This document shows, in pieces, positions 7,629-13,562 of a DNA stretch of 13,562 nucleotides. This stretch comes from a virus (taxonomy: Duplodnaviria > Heunggongvirae > Uroviricota > Caudoviricetes), in IMG/VR virus record IMGVR_UViG_2585427753_000009. One strand, written 5' to 3'. The stretch's first letter is position 1. The number at the start of each line of letters is the position of its first letter. The position numbers and the translations under genes are program-made. Under the pieces are notes generated by a model. That model was not told the DNA's origin. It was given only the letters and a program-made list of their open reading frames with translations, and searched no databases.

Positions 7629-7898
7629 AATCATCACTTCATCCAGTCGTGGCGAGGTCACGCGAGGCAACAGCGTGAACATGGTATCCGCTTTCAGATT
7701 CAGCACATCAGACAGCGACAGACCACGCAGGGATCCCGCCTGCTCAATAGCCCCGGTGATCTCCACATATGTGATTTTTTCGCCACCACGCTCAATTGGC
7801 CGGGAAAGTTTTACACCACGTTCGACAGCCATATCCTCACCTGCCGTCACATCATCCGCTACGGTGTTATTCCGGGTTTCAGTATCGATATCTTTCAT
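7524..7898 (-). CDS. Tail assembly chaperone (P2 gpE-like)
   Basis: 124-aa ORF immediately upstream of the tape measure gene, with a strong RBS (AAGGAG, 7-nt spacer) and an A7 slippery run in its 3' part. Confidence 0.65.
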   Translation of the reverse strand: MKDIDTETRNNTVADDVTAGEDMAVERGVKLSRPIERGGEKITYVEITGAIEQAGSLRGLSLSDVLNLKADTMFTLLPRVTSPRLDEVMIKKMSSRDFIRLCAVAVNFMSEPDSGAKSVQETAA

Positions 7899-7953
7899 CA
7901 GTTGTCTCCTTTTCAGTCAGAGGCGACGCACTGCGCCGCCTGCATATTACTTA

Positions 7954-8466
7954 TCAGCCAAGCCCAAGCGCGGAACGAATGCGGTCAGGCACAATGTCCT
8001 TGCCGTCCTTCCGGTAGATGTGGTTCAACAGGTCGATTTCCAACAGCGGGCGATCGTTAACGCTCAGCTTGTAGTAGGTGTTTTTGACAGCGTAAGTGTG
8101 TGATGTGGCTTCGCCCTGTTTGGCCTCCCCCATATCAATTTCCGTCACACGCCCGCGCATCTCGATTTCATACAGATCGCTTTCTGCATCGGTGTAGTAT
8201 TCACCCGCAAAACGCAGCAGCGTGCCGTCAATCGTGCCGCCATATTTAAGGAACAGCGCACGAACAGCTCCCCCCATAACAAAACTCGCATCAAGCGCGG
8301 AGTCGTCCAGACCGAGATCAATACTTACCGCCCCCATCATGCCACCACCACGATAGCTGTCGGTTTTGCGCGTCAGTTTGGGCGGCGTGACGGACGTCAC
8401 CTTACCCACTTCGTTTTCACCATCCACAAACAGCGTAAAAAAGCGAAGATGTTTTGGTACAGCCAT
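7954..8466 (-). CDS. Tail tube protein (P2 FII-like)
   Basis: 170 aa with KVTSVTPPKLTRKTDSYRGGGMMGAVSIDLGLDD, matching the P2 FII tube motif as I recall it (KLTRK...YRGxGM...DLGLDD). Start overlaps the sheath stop (ATGA). Confidence 0.85.
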   Translation of the reverse strand: MAVPKHLRFFTLFVDGENEVGKVTSVTPPKLTRKTDSYRGGGMMGAVSIDLGLDDSALDASFVMGGAVRALFLKYGGTIDGTLLRFAGEYYTDAESDLYEIEMRGRVTEIDMGEAKQGEATSHTYAVKNTYYKLSVNDRPLLEIDLLNHIYRKDGKDIVPDRIRSALGLG

Positions 8467-9650
8467 CAGGCACCTCCCAGCACCGCAAATGCGGGACCAA
8501 AGAATTCATCAGTAAACGACTGGTAAAGCTCCATGTCTTCCAGCGGGGGAACAGGCGTATATTTGTAGCGAATACGCACGCGCCCCTGACGTAAATTCGT
8601 GGTGCCGTTATCCACCACGTCATACCAGCACGACGCCCCAATCAGTTTCCCGGCAGTAACCAGTGAATCCAGTTTTGCCCTGATGGCACTGATAACATCT
8701 TTCACGTTCGCAGGCGTCAGTGGACTGTCGATGGTTTCAAACTGCGCTTCCGCAATTGAATCAGCCAGCACCTGTGCGGTTCGGGTATACACCTCAAAGA
8801 TGTAGGCGTTCGTTTCCGGTGTGCGGTTGCCCCAGAAGCGGAACCCGTTGCGACGAATAATGGTCGTGATTTCTTTGTTGTTGAGGCTATTGGCATCGCT
8901 GTCTTCGGCCTGCAACGACCAGAACACATGCCTGGACATCCCCAGCACATTTTTAACCGGAACGTTGGACAGTGATTTGTGCCATCCCTGCTCATGGTCA
9001 ATGTACGCACGAAGGCCGCACGCATAGGCAGGCGCGGGGAACGTTTCGTTTTTGCCACTTTTCGGGTTGTAGGCGATGAAGTCCGGCCATAAGAGCATCA
9101 CCTCACGTTCGTTGAATTTCTGGCGGTAGGTAATCGCCTCAGCCATCGTGTTACAGCCGTGACATGAGGCATACACAAACGCGCGCAGTTTACCCGCAAT
9201 CACGCACAGGGATTTTGTCACCGCCTCCGTGTCCAGCTCCGGCGCGGCCAGAATACGCGGACGGTATCCGATGCTTTCATCCTGCTCTGCAACAAGCAGC
9301 GCATACATCCCCGTATAGCTGCCGTCAGATTCAGAACCACCGATAACCAGTTGATCCTGCGTCTTTCCGTCTTCTTCTTTGTGTTCAGCCACGCGAACGA
9401 CGATCACCTTTGTGCTCACCTGGTCTGCGATGGCCTTAAGCGCACGATAAAGCGTCCCCGTTGTCCCGCATTTTCCCAGCACGTCATTGACGCGGGTCAG
9501 CAGTGTGGGCTTGTTCAGCGGGAACAGCTTCGCGTCCGCATCATCCGCCGTTGCCACGATACCGATAACGCTGGAATCAACATCGTTAATCGCTGTTACC
9601 AGGTCGGTATTTTCCGTAACACGGGCACCATGAAAACGAGTTTCACTCAT
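8466..9650 (-). CDS. Contractile tail sheath protein (P2 FI-like)
   Basis: 394 aa with FPLNKP, KLRAFVYASCHGC, LLWPDF, GWHKSLSNV, LIRRNGFRFWGNRT, YTRTAQVLAD and YTPVPPLED motifs characteristic of the P2 FI sheath family. Confidence 0.88.
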   Translation of the reverse strand: MSETRFHGARVTENTDLVTAINDVDSSVIGIVATADDADAKLFPLNKPTLLTRVNDVLGKCGTTGTLYRALKAIADQVSTKVIVVRVAEHKEEDGKTQDQLVIGGSESDGSYTGMYALLVAEQDESIGYRPRILAAPELDTEAVTKSLCVIAGKLRAFVYASCHGCNTMAEAITYRQKFNEREVMLLWPDFIAYNPKSGKNETFPAPAYACGLRAYIDHEQGWHKSLSNVPVKNVLGMSRHVFWSLQAEDSDANSLNNKEITTIIRRNGFRFWGNRTPETNAYIFEVYTRTAQVLADSIAEAQFETIDSPLTPANVKDVISAIRAKLDSLVTAGKLIGASCWYDVVDNGTTNLRQGRVRIRYKYTPVPPLEDMELYQSFTDEFFGPAFAVLGGA

Positions 9651-9807
9651 AGCTTTAGCCCCTTGTATCCGTTAAATGATTCGGCAACAATCATCACCCA
9701 CCACGCGCGTAATCTCACCCCTGTGCCGTTCTCCCGATCCGGCGACAACAAAAAGCAGTAACCCCCTCCGCACGCACATGCGACCATGCCGCACAGGGAG
9801 GGAACAG

Positions 9808-10917
9808 ATGACCGATACCACCATGCAATTGCTCAGTCAGGGCACAGACCCCGTGAAAATGCCGGATTTTGATATTCTCGCGGAGGGTAAAACGCTGTCA
9901 GGCGTGGCAGAGCGCCTGATGAGCCTGTCACTGACCGACAACCGGGGATTTGACGCGGACCAGCTCACCATCACGCTGGATGATGCGGATTGTCAGTTGC
10001 AGCTACCGCCACGGGGCGCGCGCCTGACGGTTCTCATTGGCTGGAAAGGAGAACCGCTGACAGAAAAAGGCACTTACATTGTTGATGAAATCGCTCACGA
10101 AGGACCGCCGGACAGGCTGACTGTTTCAGCCAGAAGCGCAGATTTTCGGGATGAATTTAACGTTAAACGTGAGGTGTCCTGGCATGATGTGACCGTTGAG
10201 CGTGTGGTATCCGCCATCGCTCATCGGTATGGTCTGAAACCGCAAATCAGCGAAATGCTGATGGATATCGAAATCGACCACGCCGACCAGACCGAAGAAA
10301 GCGACATGTCCTTCCTTACGCGCATGGCGGAAATGCTGGGCGCAATCACCACGGTAAAAAGCGGTAATCTGTTATTCATTATGCCAGGCGGTGGCGTGAA
10401 CGCACAGGGCCAGCCGTTGCCATCGTTCGCCATCACGCGCAGCAGTGGCGATCGCCATCAGTTCCGCATTGCTGACCGCGAAGCGTATACGGGGGTACGC
10501 GCTTACTGGCTTGATCTTAATTACGGGAAAAAGAAAAAAGTCAGCGTGAAACACCGCAAACCGCCAAAACCCAAAAAGGAGAAAAGCAGCAGCCGTGAAG
10601 GTGATTATATGGAAGGCGCGGAAGGCAATGTGTTTGTGTTACGCAAGACTTATCAGAACGAGCAGGCAGCAAGACGCGCAGCGGCGGCAAAGTGGCAGCA
10701 GCTACAACGCGGAGCCGCATCATTCTCCATCACGCTGGCATGTGGTCGTGCAGAACTCTACCCCGAAATGCATGGCACGGTAACAGGATTTAAAAGCGAG
10801 ATTGATAATCAGGACTGGATTATTGCAAAAGCCGAGCACACCATCGATAACAGCGGCTTTACCACGCAGCTTGAGCTTGAGGCAAAAATCTCGGAATGGA
10901 TAGCAGAAACAGAGTGA
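9808..10917 (+). CDS. P2 gpD-like tail protein (late control gene D family)
   Basis: Start at ATG 9808 after AGGGAGG. N-terminus LSLTDNRGFDADQLTITLDD...RGARLTVLIGWKGEPLTEKGTYIVDEI matches the gpD-family pattern; sits immediately upstream of the Ogr-like gene as in P2. Contains an unusual Lys-rich low-complexity insert. Confidence 0.72.
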   Translation: MTDTTMQLLSQGTDPVKMPDFDILAEGKTLSGVAERLMSLSLTDNRGFDADQLTITLDDADCQLQLPPRGARLTVLIGWKGEPLTEKGTYIVDEIAHEGPPDRLTVSARSADFRDEFNVKREVSWHDVTVERVVSAIAHRYGLKPQISEMLMDIEIDHADQTEESDMSFLTRMAEMLGAITTVKSGNLLFIMPGGGVNAQGQPLPSFAITRSSGDRHQFRIADREAYTGVRAYWLDLNYGKKKKVSVKHRKPPKPKKEKSSSREGDYMEGAEGNVFVLRKTYQNEQAARRAAAAKWQQLQRGAASFSITLACGRAELYPEMHGTVTGFKSEIDNQDWIIAKAEHTIDNSGFTTQLELEAKISEWIAETE

Positions 10918-10959
10918 GCAACTTAGAATAGCAGCAGCACCACGTTAAGGGAGGTCGCT

Positions 10960-11220
10960 ATGTTCCGTTGTCCGCTTTGTGGCGCATCTGCCCGTATCCG
11001 CACCAGTCGTCCGGAAAATGATTCAAACACCGTGCGGCAAAAGTATTACCAGTGTAACAACCTGGAATGCGGCGTATGCTTCTCAACACTGGAAGCTTTC
11101 CATAAATTCACATCAAAACACACCTCCGGCGTTCACTCTTCAGAAGGTATCCCGTGGCATGAGCTGCCAGCTTCACACAGGGGAAACAATCAGATGAGTT
11201 TGCCTTTACCTCAGAATTAA
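10960..11220 (+). CDS. ogr: Ogr/Delta-family zinc-finger late transcription activator
   Basis: MFRCPLCGASARIRTSRPENDSNTVRQKYYQCNNLECGVCFSTLEAFHKF... has the Cys-x2-Cys ... Cys-x4-Cys zinc finger and the MF-CPLC / RTSR / Y-QC-N signature of P2 Ogr. Strong RBS AAGGGAGG. Confidence 0.85.
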   Translation: MFRCPLCGASARIRTSRPENDSNTVRQKYYQCNNLECGVCFSTLEAFHKFTSKHTSGVHSSEGIPWHELPASHRGNNQMSLPLPQN

Positions 11221-11411
11221 CAGGCAGAATTGCCGGAGTAACAAAAAAGCGATAGATTACGCGCGGGTGCCTTTCGGCTGATGGTCGGAGGGAATACCCG
11301 AAGGCCAGATGTGGAAAGGCCCCGGAAAACATTTCTGTTTAACCGAGGCCCTAACATATCTACCTTAAGCAAGTGATAGGTTAGCGCCTCTCCAACAAAG
11401 GAGCAAGCGCT

Positions 11412-11552
11412 ATGTCGCAAAAATCGCTTACGGCCATCACATTCTGCGTGACGGTAATCCTCATCATCTGGATGCTACACGGTTCGCTGTGTGAAATACG
11501 GATGAGCTTCTGGGGAGCGGAGTTTGCGGCGTTCTTACAGTGTAAGCAGTAA
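11412..11552 (+). CDS. Hok-family type I toxin (46 aa); not in the ORF track because it is under 60 aa
   Basis: MSQKSLTAITFCVTVILIIWMLHGSLCEIRMSFWGAEFAAFLQCKQ: N-terminal transmembrane helix, the Hok hallmark S-L-C-E-[IL]-R motif and a conserved C-terminal AAFLxCK, closest to HokA as I recall it. AAGGAG RBS with 8-nt spacing; long structured leader upstream; hairpin and terminator downstream. Confidence 0.7.
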   Translation: MSQKSLTAITFCVTVILIIWMLHGSLCEIRMSFWGAEFAAFLQCKQ

Positions 11553-11640
11553 GGAAACCGCGACGGGGGAGCAATCCCCCGTCAATCGGTTGCTAAGGTT
11601 GGCTGAAGTGGCACCCTATCTCACAGACATGAACAACAAA

Positions 11641-11672
11641 CCCGCAGCGTAAGAACTGCGGGTTTTCTTTTT
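11641..11672. terminator. Intrinsic terminator after the hok-like gene (probably bidirectional, also serving the small minus-strand ORF)
   Basis: CCCGCAG-(8 nt loop)-CTGCGGG followed by TTTTCTTTTT on the + strand; the complement is followed by TTTGTTGTT. A second perfect 9-bp hairpin (GACGGGGGA...TCCCCCGTC) lies at about 11569-11590, reminiscent of the hok mRNA 3' fold-back element. Confidence 0.6.
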
Positions 11673-11740
11673 GGAACTATCACTAGCTAGTGTACCGTTA
11701 ACGGCACATAATGCTCGCACAACAAACCTGTTAAAAGAGA

Positions 11741-12022
11741 TTACTCAGCATTCTCCTGCTTCCATTGCCGGATCATTTCATCGGTAACATCACCCTCATA
11801 ACATACCACGTCATACCCTCCATTACGGCTATATGCACTGCGTCCACCACATCTACTACCATTCCTTGCATGATTATAAGGACACGCACAATTGCCTGGA
11901 TAAGATTCAATGGATTCTTTAATTATTTCTTTTTTGATCTGAGCATCAGACTTTCCTGTTGCTGCATATCCGCTAAAAGATACTAAACAAAGGCAGATTG
12001 CCATTAATAAACCACATCGCAT
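11741..12022 (-). CDS. Small secreted Cys-rich protein of unknown function (about 93 aa with signal peptide)
   Basis: From the internal ATG (12022): MRCGLLMAICLCLVSFSGYA|ATGKSDAQIKK... has a canonical signal peptide and four Cys in the mature part. AT-rich. The 131-aa ORF-track version has a non-credible N-terminal extension; exact start is uncertain because the RBS is weak. Confidence 0.5.
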   Translation of the reverse strand: MRCGLLMAICLCLVSFSGYAATGKSDAQIKKEIIKESIESYPGNCACPYNHARNGSRCGGRSAYSRNGGYDVVCYEGDVTDEMIRQWKQENAE

Positions 12023-12259
12023 ACCGATACACTCTATTACTAACCAATCATAGCCCACATCATAAAATCGAGATGAGGAGTACAATACCTTTAACAAGAA
12101 GGTGTCATAACGATAATATGTCGTGCAATTCATCAAAAAAAAGATCTATATCAAAGAGATAGAACTCTTATCAGTGCTTCAGACATCGGCATTCGAGGCA
12201 GCAGAAAAACAGTAAATCTGACGAATTTGCCTTTTCCCAAGATGTTGTCAGATTAAAAA

Positions 12260-12420
12260 GATAGATTAGCGCAGGTACCTGTTGGTGGATTGCAGGAGGA
12301 AAAATGAAGTCGAGTGGAAAAATCCCAGAAAAATTTTTGTTTAACAGAGGTCCTGGTTCACTATGCGAAATACGGAGGAGCTGCAGAAGAATTCTGCTTC
12401 ATCCTTAGAGTTTAAACAGC
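12260..12420 (+). pseudogene. Degraded second hok-like locus (leader retained, toxin ORF internally deleted and frameshifted)
   Basis: 12260-12357 aligns by eye with the leader of the intact locus (11251-11348), e.g. GATAGATTA..., GGAAA..CC..GAAAA..TTT.TGTTTAAC.GAGG.CC. 12358-12378 GGTTCACTATGCGAAATACGG then matches the toxin's GGTTCGCTGTGTGAAATACGG (codons for GSLCEIR), but the RBS, start codon and transmembrane-helix codons are missing and the remainder is out of frame. Confidence 0.45.
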
Positions 12421-12492
12421 ACGTGCACTACCATTGTTTCTGCATATCGCCACACCATCGCCACTCAACCGCCATTGCACAAAATACAAATA

Positions 12493-12519
12493 CAAAAAAA
12501 CCACCCGAAGGTGGTTTCA
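12493..12519 (-). terminator. Intrinsic terminator of the glyW-cysT-leuZ tRNA operon
   Basis: Minus-strand AAACCACC-TTCG-GGTGGTTT followed by TTTTTTTG, about 40 nt past the tRNA-Leu 3' end. Confidence 0.7.
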
Positions 12520-12559
12520 CGACACTGCTTATTGCTTTGATTTTATTCTTATCTTTCCC

Positions 12560-12646
12560 ATGGTACCCGGAGCGGGACTTGAACCCGCACAGCGCGAACG
12601 CCGAGGGATTTTAAATCCCTTGTGTCTACCGATTCCACCATCCGGG
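12560..12646 (-). tRNA. leuZ: tRNA-Leu (anticodon UAA)
   Basis: Reverse complement reads GCCCGGATGGTGGAATCGGTAGACACAAGGGATTTAAAATCCC...GGGTTCAAGTCCCGCTCCGGGTACCA: 87 nt, long variable arm, encoded CCA. Confidence 0.93.
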
Positions 12647-12658
12647 CTCGGGAAGAAA

Positions 12659-12732
12659 GTGGAGGCGCGTTCCGGAGTCGAACCGGACTAGACGGATTTG
12701 CAATCCGCTACATAACCGCTTTGTTAACGCGC
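12659..12732 (-). tRNA. cysT: tRNA-Cys (anticodon GCA)
   Basis: Reverse complement GGCGCGTTAACAAAGCGGTTATGTAGCGGATTGCAAATCCGTCTAGTCCGGTTCGACTCCGGAACGCGCCTCCA, 74 nt. Confidence 0.93.
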
Positions 12733-12786
12733 CAAATTCTTCAGGCCTTTCAGCCAGACATCCGCTGCCGCCGATGTCTTTTAAAC

Positions 12787-12862
<76 letters not shown>

Positions 12863-13013
12863 ATTCATCAAGCAATCAGTTAATCACTTGATTTTATTAT
12901 CGTCTGGCAATCAGTGCCGCCGTTCGATGCGTTGCATTCTACTTACCTGGCGCGATGAGTCAACGATATTTTTCACCACTTTTGATCGTTTGCTGAAAAT
13001 TGCGCCGAAACGA

Positions 13014-13562
13014 TCACTGATCAAGCAAATCTGCACGCGCAGCGCTCAAATATTGCAACATTGACCACAGAGTCAGTACCGCAGCCACAAAGAAAAGTGC
13101 AATACCGGCGTACTCAACCCAAATGTTCGGACGCCACAGCAGCCAGGCTAACGCCACCATCTGGGCAGTGGTTTTCACTTTCCCAATCCAGGAGACAGCC
13201 ACGCTACTGCGTTTACCCAACTCCGCCATCCATTCGCGTAGCGCAGAAATAATAATTTCACGGGCGATCATCGTTGCTGCCGGTAAGGTCACCCACCAGC
13301 TGTGGTAATGCTCGGTTACCAGCACCATGGCGATAGCCACGAGAACTTTATCTGCGACAGGGTCAAGGAAAGCACCAAACCGGGTACTCTGATTCCAGCG
13401 GCGTGCCAGAAAACCATCGAACCAGTCAGTCACCGCCGCGACGCAGAAAATGAGCGCGGCGGCAAACGGCGACCAGGTGACAGGCAAATAAAAGACCAAT
13501 ACAAAGAATGGGATAAGGATGACACGGAACAGTGTAAGCAACGTAGGGATATTAAATTGCAT
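13014..13562 (-). CDS. pgsA: CDP-diacylglycerol--glycerol-3-phosphate 3-phosphatidyltransferase (phosphatidylglycerophosphate synthase)
   Basis: Complete 182-aa [75 protein letters not shown]..., with the CDP-alcohol phosphatidyltransferase motif D-x2-DG-x2-AR; matches E. coli PgsA as I recall it, in the expected position next to glyW-cysT-leuZ. Confidence 0.95.

Larger units (their letters stand above)
645..11220. mobile_element. Prophage remnant: invertase/tail-fiber cassette array plus P2-like tail module (FI, FII, E/E', T, U, D, Ogr); no integrase, head, baseplate-wedge or lysis genes
   Basis: Contiguous block of phage-type genes bounded by host genes (ydjM-like on the left, leuZ operon on the right). 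Exact phage/host junctions are not identifiable from this window; the hok-like locus and small ORF at 11221-12500 may be cargo or host. Confidence 0.7.

Noticed and set aside
7249-9761. ORFs 7249-8103 (+), 8717-9058 (-), 8821-9027 (+) and 9351-9761 (+) overlapping E, FII and FI
   Set aside because: Antisense or out-of-frame relative to well-supported tail genes, with low-complexity translations.
10979-11197. Plus-strand 72-aa ORF overlapping the Ogr-like gene in another frame
   Set aside because: The 10960-11220 frame has the strong RBS and the Ogr zinc-finger signature; the overlapping frame has neither.
11220-12560. Looked for a duplicated tRNA 3' end or other direct repeat marking a phage attachment site
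   Set aside because: No second copy of the leuZ, cysT or glyW 3' ends was found anywhere in the window, and the only repeat in this interval is the diverged hok leader pair, which is too dissimilar to be an att duplication. The island boundaries therefore remain undefined.

Overview
The window reads as an Escherichia-type chromosome carrying a compact prophage remnant of about 11 kb, with host genes on both sides. On the left is the start of an SOS-regulated membrane protein gene (ydjM-like, 1-429, minus) with a LexA box. On the right is the tRNA operon leuZ-cysT-glyW followed by pgsA (all minus). The island contains: (i) two closely related Hin/Gin/Pin-family serine DNA invertase genes pointing away from each other (645-1217 minus; 3439-4038 plus), bracketing three start-less tail-fiber C-terminal cassettes and one tail-fiber assembly gene, with three hix/gix-like crossover sites but no constant fiber gene; (ii) a P2-like tail module (sheath FI, tube FII, chaperone E with a -1 frame E' extension, tape measure T, U) on the minus strand, opposite in orientation to the downstream D and Ogr-like genes on the plus strand; (iii) a Hok-family type I toxin gene too short for the ORF track, with a conserved leader and terminator, plus a degraded paralogous copy; (iv) a small AT-rich gene for a Cys-rich secreted protein. 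No integrase, capsid, baseplate-wedge, lysis, CRISPR or transposase genes are visible. The most notable points are the double-invertase orphan cassette array, the juxtaposition of ydjM with the leuZ-pgsA region, and the inverted tail operon; the last two may be rearrangements or simply natural to this lineage. All homology calls are from reading the translations by eye; no database search was run.
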